From Candidatus Nomurabacteria bacterium (lineage in GTDB: Bacteria; Patescibacteriota; Minisyncoccia; Phycocordibacterales; UBA9973), in the NCBI GenBank assembly GCA_943359485.1, contig CALRHR010000001.1, positions 51,141 to 115,140 on the forward strand: 64,000 bases of DNA. The letters run 5' to 3'. Each line of letters opens with the position of its first letter. Position 1 is the stretch's first letter. The position numbers and the translations under genes are program-made. Below, piece by piece: positions 29,361 through 38,707 of this stretch. The notes under the pieces are model-generated. The model saw only the letters and a program-made list of their open reading frames with translations. It was not told the DNA's origin and did not search any database.

Positions 29361-29423
29361 ATGGCAGCAAAAAAAAAGAAAGTAGCAAAGAAGGCAGCAA
29401 AGAAGGGAAAGAAACGAGCGTAG
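29361..29423 (+). CDS. candidate micro-ORF encoding a 20-aa lysine-rich peptide MAAKKKKVAKKAAKKGKKRA
   Basis: The ATG sits 30 nt after the hairpin element and a rho-independent terminator follows. Real coding status is uncertain. Confidence 0.25.
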   Translation: MAAKKKKVAKKAAKKGKKRA

Positions 29424-29460
29424 TTTTTCACTTCGTTCAAGATCACGACAAATGTCGAGA

Positions 29461-29491
29461 TCTTTAAAAAACTTCCGTCGAACGACGGAAG
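29461..29491 (+). terminator. rho-independent terminator
   Basis: AACTTCCGTCGAACGACGGAAGTT followed by TTTTTTT. Confidence 0.75.
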
Positions 29492-29592
29492 TTTTTTTAT
29501 TTTGCCTGTTCCGTACCAAAATCAACGATATCCAGAAATAGGTAAAAATAAAAAGCTTTTATATTTTGGTGTAGGATGCTAGTATTATACTT

Positions 29593-32121
29593 ATGGGTCT
29601 ATTCAGTAAAATATTTGGCGACGAAAGCTCGAAATTCATCGGTCAAGCTGAGAAAATAGTAGTCAAAATCAATGCTCTCGAGGCGGGTATTTCAAAGTTG
29701 GCTGATTCTGATTTTCCCCAAAAAACGCAGGAATTCAAGGATAGACTGGGTAAGGGTGAGACCTTGGATGATATCTTGCCGGAAGCCTTTGCTCTAGTAA
29801 GAGAAGCCCAAAGAAGAACTTTGGGAATTCGGCTTTATGATGTTCAACTTATTGGAGGATTAGCTCTCCATCAAGGTAAAATTGCCGAAATGAAAACAGG
29901 TGAAGGAAAGACAAATGTTGCTACGCTCCCGCTTTATTTAAATGCTTTGACGGGAGAGGGCACACACCTTGTTACTGTGAATGATTATCTGGCGCGTCGT
30001 GATGCGGTTTTGATGGGTCAAGTTTATAATTTCCTTGGTCTCTCCATTGGTGTTATAAATTCAAATAATATTTCTTATCTTTATGATCCCTCGCACAAAG
30101 AAGAAGATAAAGAACGAGATCAAGTTGGTGAGTTTAAAATTATTTATGATTTTTTAAAACCATCTACTCGCAGAGGTGCATATGCCGCTGATATCACATA
30201 TGGCACGAATCATGAATATGGGTTTGATTATCTACGAGATAATTTAGCAGTATCAATCGAAGGTCTGGTTCAGCGTGGACATCATTTTGCTATTGTCGAC
30301 GAAGTGGATTCTATTTTAATAGACGAAGCGCGTACTCCGCTTATTATCTCAAGTGTGGCTGGAGACTCGGAAGATTTTTATGTAAAATTTTACCAAATCG
30401 CCAAACAGTTGAAGCGAGATACAGATTATGAAGTGGATGAAAAATTGCGCACGATAACTTTAACCGATACGGGTATAACTAAAGCTGAACAACTCCTCGG
30501 AGTGGGAAATATTTACACGGAAAAAGGCATAAAATATGTGCATCATTTAGAAACCGCAGTCAAAGCGCAAGCTATTTTTGAAAAAGATAAAGACTATGTG
30601 GTCAAAGAAGGGGAGGTGGTCATTGTTGACCCCTTTACTGGACGCTTGCAACCGGGACGGCGTTGGAGTGAGGGAATACATCAGGCGATTGAAGCCAAAG
30701 AGGGCGTAAAGATCGAAAAAGAAACTCGCTCGTCCGGCTCGATTACTTTTCAGAACTATTTTAGATTCTATAAAAAGCTCTCAGGTATGACAGGCACGGC
30801 AGCAACTTCTGCCGAAGAATTTTTGAAAGTTTATGGGCTTGATGTTGTTGTGATTCCGACCAATCGTCTGGTGGTGCGTAAAGATTTAAATGATTTAATT
30901 TTTCAAACTGAGAAGGGCAAGTTCCAAGCAATAGCCAAAAAAGTGAAAGAATTAAATATCCAAGGTCAGCCGGTTTTGATTGGTACTATATCTATTGAGA
31001 AGAATGAACTTTTGTCCGTATACCTAAAACAAGAAGGCGTACAGCATACGATTTTAAATGCCAAGAACCATGAGAAGGAAGGTGAAATCATCGCTCAAGC
31101 TGGGAAGCGTGGTGCGGTCACTATCGCTACGAATATGGCTGGGCGTGGTATAGATATAAAACTTGGTGGCAATCCAATTGTCAAAGAAGAATATGAATTT
31201 GTAAAAAGTGTTGGTGGACTGTTTGTGTTAGGAACAGAAAGGCATGAAGCTAGGAGAATTGACAATCAGCTTCGAGGTCGTTCCGGCCGGCAGGGTGACC
31301 CGGGCGAGACGCAGTTTTTTGTTTCGCTAGAAGATGATTTGATGCGTGTTTTCGGATCGGAGAAAATTAAAACTATGATGGGTAGATTTGGTATACCAGA
31401 AGATATGCCGATTGAAAATCGCTTTATCGGCAAAACTCTTGAAGGAGCACAGTCAAAGATAGAGGGTTTTCATTTTGATGCTCGTAAGCATACTCTGGAA
31501 TACGATGATGTGATGAATCATCAAAGAAAAATAATTTATGAGAGACGGCAGAAGATGCTTTTTGCTGACAAGGAGGGTATCGAAAAAGTTTTAGAGGATA
31601 CCTCAGCCGGACGCGAAAATGCGGAAAATATTATAAAAGAAAAAAGAGAAAAGCTGGGCGAGGCCGGATTTCTAGAAACTGTCAGGCGAATTGCTTTATA
31701 CACAACTGATACATTATGGATGGAACATCTGGAAGCGATGGATTATTTGCGTAGTTCGGTTAACTTGCGCGCGTATGGTCAACGGGAACCGATAGTGGAA
31801 TATAAGAAAGATGGCTTGGCGATGTTTAAAGAAATGGAAGAAGTTTTCAAAGAACAAGTTTTTTCATTAATTACTACAATTCAAGAAGCTCCAAAGGGAG
31901 ACGATGTAGGAATGAAGCAAACTCTGGTGACCAGTCACGCTGAACCTAGTGAAATGGGAGGTGCGAAAGATTTATCGGATGTAGCTGGGGTAAAAAATGA
32001 AGTCGGCCGCAATGATCCTTGCCCATGTGGAGCTATCAATCCCGCTACCGGTGAAGTCTACAAATACAAAAAATGCGGCCTCATAAACGCTTCGCAACAC
32101 AGAAAATCATTAATTAATTGA
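29593..32121 (+). CDS. secA: preprotein translocase ATPase SecA
   Basis: Has the DEAD-like motor motifs (GEGKTNVATLP, DEVDSILIDEARTPLIIS) and the C-terminal zinc finger CPCG...KKCG. Confidence 0.95.
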   Translation: MGLFSKIFGDESSKFIGQAEKIVVKINALEAGISKLADSDFPQKTQEFKDRLGKGETLDDILPEAFALVREAQRRTLGIRLYDVQLIGGLALHQGKIAEMKTGEGKTNVATLPLYLNALTGEGTHLVTVNDYLARRDAVLMGQVYNFLGLSIGVINSNNISYLYDPSHKEEDKERDQVGEFKIIYDFLKPSTRRGAYAADITYGTNHEYGFDYLRDNLAVSIEGLVQRGHHFAIVDEVDSILIDEARTPLIISSVAGDSEDFYVKFYQIAKQLKRDTDYEVDEKLRTITLTDTGITKAEQLLGVGNIYTEKGIKYVHHLETAVKAQAIFEKDKDYVVKEGEVVIVDPFTGRLQPGRRWSEGIHQAIEAKEGVKIEKETRSSGSITFQNYFRFYKKLSGMTGTAATSAEEFLKVYGLDVVVIPTNRLVVRKDLNDLIFQTEKGKFQAIAKKVKELNIQGQPVLIGTISIEKNELLSVYLKQEGVQHTILNAKNHEKEGEIIAQAGKRGAVTIATNMAGRGIDIKLGGNPIVKEEYEFVKSVGGLFVLGTERHEARRIDNQLRGRSGRQGDPGETQFFVSLEDDLMRVFGSEKIKTMMGRFGIPEDMPIENRFIGKTLEGAQSKIEGFHFDARKHTLEYDDVMNHQRKIIYERRQKMLFADKEGIEKVLEDTSAGRENAENIIKEKREKLGEAGFLETVRRIALYTTDTLWMEHLEAMDYLRSSVNLRAYGQREPIVEYKKDGLAMFKEMEEVFKEQVFSLITTIQEAPKGDDVGMKQTLVTSHAEPSEMGGAKDLSDVAGVKNEVGRNDPCPCGAINPATGEVYKYKKCGLINASQHRKSLIN

Positions 32122-32124
32122 TCT

Positions 32125-32592
32125 ATGCAAAAAATCATTACCAATCTTTGTATTATTCACCAGCATCCAAAGATTTTACTTGGTATGAAGAAAAGGGGAT
32201 TTGGATCGGGGCGTTGGAATGGTTTTGGTGGGAAGGTAGCAGACCATGAGAGTGTGATTGGTTCATTACACAGAGAATTAAAAGAAGAGGCAAATATTGA
32301 AGTTGAAAATCCAGTAAAGTTGGGTATCTTGGAATTTGAATTTATTAAGAATGGCGAAGTGATAGAAGTACATATATTTAAAGCCAGTAAATTTAAAGGA
32401 GAACCAACTGAAACCGAAGAAATGTCTCCGAAATGGTTTTATGTGGACGAGATTCCTTTTGCTGACATGTGGCCGGATGATATTTATTGGATGCCACTTT
32501 TTTTAAAAAATAAAAAATTTAAAGGCAAATTCACATTTGGAGAGAATGATTCTGTTTTAGAATCTAATTTAGAAGAGGTGGAAGATTTATGA
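32125..32592 (+). CDS. NUDIX hydrolase (MutT-like)
   Basis: Contains the NUDIX box GGKVADHESVIGSLHRELKEEANI. Confidence 0.75.
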   Translation: MQKIITNLCIIHQHPKILLGMKKRGFGSGRWNGFGGKVADHESVIGSLHRELKEEANIEVENPVKLGILEFEFIKNGEVIEVHIFKASKFKGEPTETEEMSPKWFYVDEIPFADMWPDDIYWMPLFLKNKKFKGKFTFGENDSVLESNLEEVEDL

Positions 32593-32630
32593 AAATACCA
32601 GAAAAAGATTTTATTATCATAAAAAAATCT

Positions 32631-32662
32631 ACTACAAAAATACACGGCCGTGTTGTTTTATA
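32631..32662. promoter_or_regulatory. palindromic box CTACAAAAATACACGGCCGTGTTGTTTTATAG upstream of second PaaX-like gene
   Basis: Contains the perfect palindrome ACACGGCCGTGT. A copy lies at 33235-33266. Confidence 0.5.
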
Positions 32663-32675
32663 GTATAATAGGAAT

Positions 32676-33221
32676 ATGCGTAATAGGATTGATTATAAAA
32701 GAATTATTTTAACGACGGTTGCAACTGCAGGAATTTTAGCGGTGGCGGTTCTTGCACCGAATGTCCTGCAAGTTCTAAAGCCTTTTTTAAAGCAAAAGAA
32801 AAGATATAACCTTAAATACTATTTAAATCAAAAAGCAAAGAAACTTATAAAAAATGGTTTTCTTAAAATAGGCACTGAAGACGGGAAACAATTTTTATCG
32901 CTCACAGAAAAAGGAGAGTCTAAATTGAAATTTTATAAGGTTATAGAAAAAAAGAAAAATATTAAATGGGATGGCAAATGGAGGGTAGTTATTTTTGATG
33001 TATGGGAAAAAGCCAGATCAAAAAGAGATCTTTTACGCATGGAAATTAAAAATTTTGGATTTATCCAGCTCCAGCAAAGTGTATGGATTTATCCTTATCC
33101 GTGCGCAGAATTCATTGAGCTTTTAAAGGCAGATTTATCTTTTGGTAAAAATATTAGATATATGGTTGTGGAAAAATTAGATCACGATGAGAATTTGAAG
33201 AAAAAGTTTGGTTTTGGGTAA
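32676..33221 (+). CDS. short PaaX-family-like regulator (paralog of 3122-3697)
   Basis: WDGKWRVVIFDVWEKARSKRDLLRMEIKNFGFIQLQQSVW matches the PaaX WDGKW motif and the Cas2-like fold pattern. Confidence 0.5.
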   Translation: MRNRIDYKRIILTTVATAGILAVAVLAPNVLQVLKPFLKQKKRYNLKYYLNQKAKKLIKNGFLKIGTEDGKQFLSLTEKGESKLKFYKVIEKKKNIKWDGKWRVVIFDVWEKARSKRDLLRMEIKNFGFIQLQQSVWIYPYPCAEFIELLKADLSFGKNIRYMVVEKLDHDENLKKKFGFG

Positions 33222-33234
33222 ATTATAGATATGC

Positions 33235-33266
33235 TACAAAATTACACGACCGTGTAGTTTTGTATT
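33235..33266. promoter_or_regulatory. downstream copy of palindromic box (CTACAAAATTACACGACCGTGTAGTTTTGTAT)
   Basis: Matches the 32631-32662 element. Confidence 0.5.
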
Positions 33267-33312
33267 GCGGATGGTTTTGTGATATTGTTTATGTATAGTT
33301 TTTAAATAGAAA

Positions 33313-33978
33313 ATGAATAATCAGGAGCCACAACCAGGATTTTATTATCATTATAAGCATGACCCGAAAGAGGATGTCAGGAATTATGCCTACGAAGTCC
33401 TGAATATTGCGCATCATACAGAAATCGAGGACTTGGATGAAAATGCAATGGTGGTGTATAGACCGCTATATGAATCAGGTGTTTATAAATTGGGCAAGCA
33501 TTGGGATGCCAGACCGATGAAGATGTTTCTGGAGAATATACTGAAAGATGATAAAGAAATAAAGCGTTTTACGAAAATTACTGACCCCAAAATAATTTCT
33601 GAATTAGAAAAAATTAAAAATCAAATGTATGGAAATAACACTACGACTATTACCTATCAGGATTTTGAAAAAGTTGATATACGGGCGGGGGAGATTTTAA
33701 AGGCGGAAGATTTTCCAGAAGCCAGAAAGCCGATGTATAAAATAACAGTGGATTTTGGCGCAGAGATCGGAATAAAGATGTCTTCCGGGCAATTTACGCA
33801 TCACTATACCAAAGAAGAATTAGTGGGGAAAATGATTATTGGCGTGCTGAACTTTCCACCCAAAAAGATCGGTCCATTTTTCTCGGAATTTTTAACCTTA
33901 GGACTTGCCGATGAAGAAGATAAAGTAGTACTTCTCATGCCTACCCAAAAAGTTCCAAAGGGTGCAAAAATGATGTAA
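33313..33978 (+). CDS. CsaA/Trbp111-like tRNA-binding domain protein with an uncharacterised N-terminal domain
   Basis: The C-terminal half (DIRAGEILKAEDFPEARKPMYKITVDFG...EELVGKMIIGVLNFPPKK) follows the tRNA-binding OB-fold pattern. Confidence 0.55.
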   Translation: MNNQEPQPGFYYHYKHDPKEDVRNYAYEVLNIAHHTEIEDLDENAMVVYRPLYESGVYKLGKHWDARPMKMFLENILKDDKEIKRFTKITDPKIISELEKIKNQMYGNNTTTITYQDFEKVDIRAGEILKAEDFPEARKPMYKITVDFGAEIGIKMSSGQFTHHYTKEELVGKMIIGVLNFPPKKIGPFFSEFLTLGLADEEDKVVLLMPTQKVPKGAKMM

Positions 33979-34086
33979 GAATTAAAACAAGAAATAGATA
34001 AATTTAATACAGAAATTTGGTGGGAGGTTGTTGTTGAAAAATAAGAATTATTCTAGACATAAATAGAATTATGTTATAATCATTTT

Positions 34087-34827
34087 ATGATGAGTAAATC
34101 ATATTATACTTCAAAAAATAACAATAAAATTTTAGACAATCAAGACAAGCCATACCATTTAAAAATAAGAGATTTACCGCAAGATGAAAAGCCTCGTGAG
34201 AAACTTCTTAAACATGGTCTTTCTTCTGTTTCTGTCTCTGAGTTATTGGCTTTAGTCTTGAACACTGGAACAAAAAAAGAAGGTGTTTTGGAAATGTCTT
34301 CTAGGGTTATCAAGGATTATGGTGAGGGAAGTATTATGAATGAAAAGAATCCAGTAAATTTGGCTAAAAATTTTAATGTTCCCATCATTAAAGCAATTGC
34401 CATCGTTGCCTGCGCTGAATTAGGTAGAAGATTTTTTCAAAAAAATAATTCTTCTTTTCCTGTTATCAGGACTGCTCGCGAAGTTTATGAATATGTTGCC
34501 GATATGCATAATCTTTCCAAGGAACACATAAGAGGTATTTATTTAAATGCGCATTTCAAAGTGATTCATGATGAAATTATTTCCATTGGCACGGTCGATG
34601 CCAACATCATTCATCCGCGTGAAGTTTTTAAGCCCGCGCTCGAACATTGCGCCGTCGCTTTGATTTTAGTTCACAATCATCCCTCTGGTGTTACTACGCC
34701 TTCTTTGGCTGATTTATCTATTACTAAACAGCTTATTGAAGCGGGTAAATTTTTGGGAGTTGATTTGATAGATCACATTATTGTTACGCATGATGCCTTC
34801 GCTAGTATTCCCGGGAATTATCGTTAA
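34087..34827 (+). CDS. radC: RadC-like JAB/MPN domain protein
   Basis: Contains HNHPSGVTTPSLADLSITKQL, the JAMM-like RadC signature. Confidence 0.75.
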   Translation: MMSKSYYTSKNNNKILDNQDKPYHLKIRDLPQDEKPREKLLKHGLSSVSVSELLALVLNTGTKKEGVLEMSSRVIKDYGEGSIMNEKNPVNLAKNFNVPIIKAIAIVACAELGRRFFQKNNSSFPVIRTAREVYEYVADMHNLSKEHIRGIYLNAHFKVIHDEIISIGTVDANIIHPREVFKPALEHCAVALILVHNHPSGVTTPSLADLSITKQLIEAGKFLGVDLIDHIIVTHDAFASIPGNYR

Positions 34828-34865
34828 TTTTTAGTCGAAATATTATTTAATAATTTTTTTATTTT

Positions 34866-35198
34866 ATGTCTACATCTGCAATTTTGTCTAGCTATTATCA
34901 AGTGTATCAAATTCGTTTGCCGAAATACTGGCTGGTGCGGGATGAGCCAGTTGATTTGAATGATTTTAATCACAAGAAATTGTTGTTTCATGTTAGTCAA
35001 AATGATTATTTTTCCACCCTAGCTACCATCTTAAGATTTTATGAAGAATCAGTAAATGACAAAAATATAACAGAGGAAGAGATGCGTCTGCTCCAGAGTA
35101 AAATAATTAAAAATATTATTCAAGACCTTCTATATCTTGAGAAAAATTATGTTATAGTACCGAAAGATAGAAATAGATTAGATGAAAAACTTAATTAA
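34866..35198 (+). CDS. hypothetical protein
   Basis: 110 aa ORF overlapping the murE start. Confidence 0.4.
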   Translation: MSTSAILSSYYQVYQIRLPKYWLVRDEPVDLNDFNHKKLLFHVSQNDYFSTLATILRFYEESVNDKNITEEEMRLLQSKIIKNIIQDLLYLEKNYVIVPKDRNRLDEKLN

Positions 35199-36423
35199 AA
35201 TATTTAAAATTATATATTGGAGAATCAAATCTTTTATTATTAGATATTATTTTGGCAACCCAGCAAGAAAATTAAAAATCGTGGGAGTTACAGGCACCAG
35301 TGGCAAGACGACGACAGCGACGCTTTTGTATAAAATCGCTCTTCAACTCGGATACAAAGCTGGACTAATAAGTACAGTGGAAATTTTAGCTAATGGAATA
35401 GATTTACAAATTGAACACAAAACACCAACAACCCCAGACTCTGTAACTCTAACTAAAATTTTTAAAAAAATGGTAGATGAAAAATGTGAATATGTTTTTA
35501 TGGAAGTCTCCAGTCATGCTGTCGTCCAAGGGCGCGTCGCTAATGTTGATTTTATTGGCGGGATCTTTACGAATTTTTCACAAGACCACTTAGATTACCA
35601 TAAAAACATGGAAGAATATTTTGAGGCCAAAAAGAAATTTTTTAAAATGCTTTCTCCGGGTGCTTTTGCTCTTGCGAACGCTGACGATAAATATGGCGAC
35701 AGGATGCTAGAGGGGATAGTGGCCAAGCCATCTCTGTATGGCATAGAAAATAAAGATGTAAAATTTTACGGACAAATTTCTAAACTTGATTTTTCTGGTC
35801 TTGAGTTGATTTTTAACGGACAAAAAATTAACTCCAAAATGCTCGGTAAATTCAATGCTTACAATCTACTTGCAGTCTGGAGCACATGTTCACTCTTGGG
35901 TTTTGATATGGATAAGGTGAATAAAATTTTAGAAAATGTAGAACCACCTCGCGGACGGTTCGAACATTTTACTTCAAAGGGAGGAGTTCTTATTATTGTC
36001 GATTATGCTCACAAACCGGATGCTCTTGAAAAAGTACTTTCTGCAGTAAAAGAAATTAAGTCTGGTTCCGGTAAAATAATTTCTGTTTTCGGCTGTGGAG
36101 GAGACCGCGATCCATTTAAGCGTCCAGTAATGGGAAAAATCGGGGTTAGCATGTCCGATATTGCTATATTTACTTCTGACAATCCACGCAGTGAAGATCC
36201 AGATGTAATTATTGCTCAAATGAAAACAAATTTATCTGTTGAAGATTTGCAAAAAGTGAAAACAATTCCAAACCGACACGAAGCAATTCGGGAGTCTGTA
36301 AAAATTGCTCAAAATGGAGACATTATCCTAGTTGCCGGCAAGGGTCACGAAGACTATCAAATAATTAAGGGCGTCAAGAGCCACTTTGACGATATGGAGG
36401 AGTTGAAGGAGGCATTTCAATAG
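35182..36423 (+). CDS. murE: UDP-N-acetylmuramoyl-L-alanyl-D-glutamate--2,6-diaminopimelate ligase
   Basis: Has the Mur ligase P-loop VGVTGTSGKTTT, DYAHKPDAL and the MurE-specific TSDNPRSEDP. Confidence 0.8.
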   Translation: MKNLIKIFKIIYWRIKSFIIRYYFGNPARKLKIVGVTGTSGKTTTATLLYKIALQLGYKAGLISTVEILANGIDLQIEHKTPTTPDSVTLTKIFKKMVDEKCEYVFMEVSSHAVVQGRVANVDFIGGIFTNFSQDHLDYHKNMEEYFEAKKKFFKMLSPGAFALANADDKYGDRMLEGIVAKPSLYGIENKDVKFYGQISKLDFSGLELIFNGQKINSKMLGKFNAYNLLAVWSTCSLLGFDMDKVNKILENVEPPRGRFEHFTSKGGVLIIVDYAHKPDALEKVLSAVKEIKSGSGKIISVFGCGGDRDPFKRPVMGKIGVSMSDIAIFTSDNPRSEDPDVIIAQMKTNLSVEDLQKVKTIPNRHEAIRESVKIAQNGDIILVAGKGHEDYQIIKGVKSHFDDMEELKEAFQ

Positions 36424-36447
36424 AAATAAATTTTATAAAGCAATCTA

Positions 36448-36475
36448 TCTAGGCAAGCTTGCCTAGCGAACTGCT
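36448..36475. repeat. perfect palindrome CTAGGCAAGCTTGCCTAG
   Basis: 18-bp perfect palindrome belonging to the CTAGGC motif family. It has the same GCAAGCTTGC centre as CTCCGCAAGCTTGCGGAG at 58133-58150. Confidence 0.5.
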
Positions 36476-36575
36476 CGTCGCTCAAGAAAATAATAAATAG
36501 AATACTATTTTTATTTTCTAAGCTCCTGTGCAAGGCTTTCTAAAACTTATTTCTATTTTATGCTAGTATATTTTT

Positions 36576-37904
36576 ATGGTTGATTACAAGCAATATTTCA
36601 AAGGTAAAAAGATCACAGTCATGGGTCTAGGGCTTTTGGGGCGTGGTGTGGGAGACACGGCCTTTCTTGCTGAATGTGGAGCACAACTCACAGTTACTGA
36701 TTTAAAAACAAAAGAACAATTAAAAGAATCACTAAAAAAGCTCAAGAAATATAAAAATATCAAATATGTTCTGGGTGAACACCGCCTAGAAGATTTCAAG
36801 AATAAATACATGATTTTAAAAAATCCAGACATACCACTTGATTCTGTCTATATAAAAGAGGCTAGAAAAAATAAAATTCCAATAGAGATGAGTGCTTCAC
36901 TTTTTGTTAAACTTTCTGGTCTCAAAACAATTGCTGTGACTGGTACTCGCGGTAAATCCACAGTAACACACCTAATTGCCCACATTCTTGAATCTGCGGG
37001 TAAAAAAATAATTCTAGGAGGAAATGTGCGCGGTGTTTCAAATTTGCAGTTATTGAAAAATGTAAAAGGTGGTGAAATGACAGTTCTAGAATTAGACTCC
37101 TGGCAGTTGCAAGGATTCGGTGACGCTAAAATGTCCCCAAATATTTCTGTCTTCACCACTTTTTTTTCAGATCATATGAAATATTACAGGGGTAGTATGC
37201 AGAAATATTTCAAAGATAAAGCAAATATTTTTAAATTCCAGCAAAAAAATGATGTTTTGGTTGTTGGAAAACAAGCCCTACCTTTTATTAAAAAATGGCA
37301 AAAAGAAAACAAAGAAAGAATTAAAAGCAAAATAATCACAGCAGGAGAAAAGCTGCCAAAAAATTGGAAATTAAATTTACCCGGTGTTCATAATGAATAT
37401 AATGCCATGCTGTCAGTCGATGTTGCTAGGCTGGTTAATATTCCAGACGATAAAATAAAAAAATACCTTACTACTTTTATAGCCCTACCTGGTAGATTGG
37501 AATTTTTACGTTCTGTCAGTGGTATAGAAATATACAATGATAATAGTTCAACTACTGCAGAAGCTACCTTGGTTGCCTTGCGTGCTTTGGGTAAGCAAAA
37601 AAATATTATTCTTATAGCTGGTGGTTTCAATAAAGGGCTAAACATGAATGATTTAATTAAAGAAATTCCAAAATATTGCAAAGAGGTGATATTGCTCTCT
37701 GGTACTGGAACAGAATTAATAAAAAATAAAATAAAAAATTCACTAGAAGTGGACAGTATGAAAAAAGCAGTGACGGAAGCACGAGCTCTGGCCAAGGTGG
37801 GGGATATCATACTTCTTTCTCCAGCTTTTGCTTCCTTTGGAATGTTTAAAAACGAATATGATCGTGGAGATCAGTTTGTAAATTTAGTTAAAAAACTTAA
37901 ATAA
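36576..37904 (+). CDS. murD: UDP-N-acetylmuramoylalanine--D-glutamate ligase
   Basis: Has an N-terminal Rossmann-like domain (VMGLGLLGRG) and the Mur ligase P-loop IAVTGTRGKST. Confidence 0.8.
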   Translation: MVDYKQYFKGKKITVMGLGLLGRGVGDTAFLAECGAQLTVTDLKTKEQLKESLKKLKKYKNIKYVLGEHRLEDFKNKYMILKNPDIPLDSVYIKEARKNKIPIEMSASLFVKLSGLKTIAVTGTRGKSTVTHLIAHILESAGKKIILGGNVRGVSNLQLLKNVKGGEMTVLELDSWQLQGFGDAKMSPNISVFTTFFSDHMKYYRGSMQKYFKDKANIFKFQQKNDVLVVGKQALPFIKKWQKENKERIKSKIITAGEKLPKNWKLNLPGVHNEYNAMLSVDVARLVNIPDDKIKKYLTTFIALPGRLEFLRSVSGIEIYNDNSSTTAEATLVALRALGKQKNIILIAGGFNKGLNMNDLIKEIPKYCKEVILLSGTGTELIKNKIKNSLEVDSMKKAVTEARALAKVGDIILLSPAFASFGMFKNEYDRGDQFVNLVKKLK

Positions 37905-38682
37905 GGTTTATTTTAACTTTTCCAAACCATTTTTTCACTAAAAATTCTAGGTTTTGCGTTTTGTCGGTGACTAGTATTTTTATACTTTTATTTTTGGAAA
38001 GCTTTTTGGTTATCTCTGGGTGTTTCGCAAAATATTCGTTTAGTTTCTTAGGGATTATTTCATCTTGAGAAATCAAGGTTACATTTTTTGGTATTATTTT
38101 TTTTATTTCTTTTTTAAAAATAGGGTAGTGAGTACAACCTAATATAAGAGCATCTATATTTTTATTCATTAGTGGCCTTAGATATTTTAAAAGGAAAAAT
38201 GTGGCTAATTTATGTTCTCCTTCTTCTATTAGTGGCACTAGAATTGGTGCAGGATTTTGAAATATTTTTATGTTTTTATTTAATTTATTTATTTCTAATG
38301 GAAAAGTATTAGAAGCTACTGTGCCCAGAGTGGCGAGTATCCCAACTTTCTTATATTTAGAAGCCTCTTCGGCAGCGGGAATTAAAACACCAAGGACTTT
38401 TCTGTCTTTGAAGTTTTTTGGTAGATAGTCTTGTTGTATTTGTCGCAGGGCTCTGGCTGAAGCAGTATTGCAAGCGATGATGATGACAGCGCAGTTTTCT
38501 TTACGGAAAAGATAGTCCACAGCTTCCTTGGTAAATTCATAGACGGCTTCGTGAGATTTGTTGCCGTAAGGAACCCTTTTAGTGTCTCCAAAGTAGACAT
38601 AGTCATATTCCGGCATCATTTTTCGTATTGCTTGTGCGATAATTAGGCCCCCCAAGCCCGAATCAAATATTCCAATTTTCAT
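37897..38682 (-). CDS. murI: glutamate racemase
   Basis: Contains IFDSGLGGL and ACNTAS, the conserved catalytic Cys regions. Confidence 0.85.
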   Translation of the reverse strand: MKIGIFDSGLGGLIIAQAIRKMMPEYDYVYFGDTKRVPYGNKSHEAVYEFTKEAVDYLFRKENCAVIIIACNTASARALRQIQQDYLPKNFKDRKVLGVLIPAAEEASKYKKVGILATLGTVASNTFPLEINKLNKNIKIFQNPAPILVPLIEEGEHKLATFFLLKYLRPLMNKNIDALILGCTHYPIFKKEIKKIIPKNVTLISQDEIIPKKLNEYFAKHPEITKKLSKNKSIKILVTDKTQNLEFLVKKWFGKVKINLI

Positions 38683-38707
38683 ACCTGTATTTTAACATAT
38701 TACTCAT

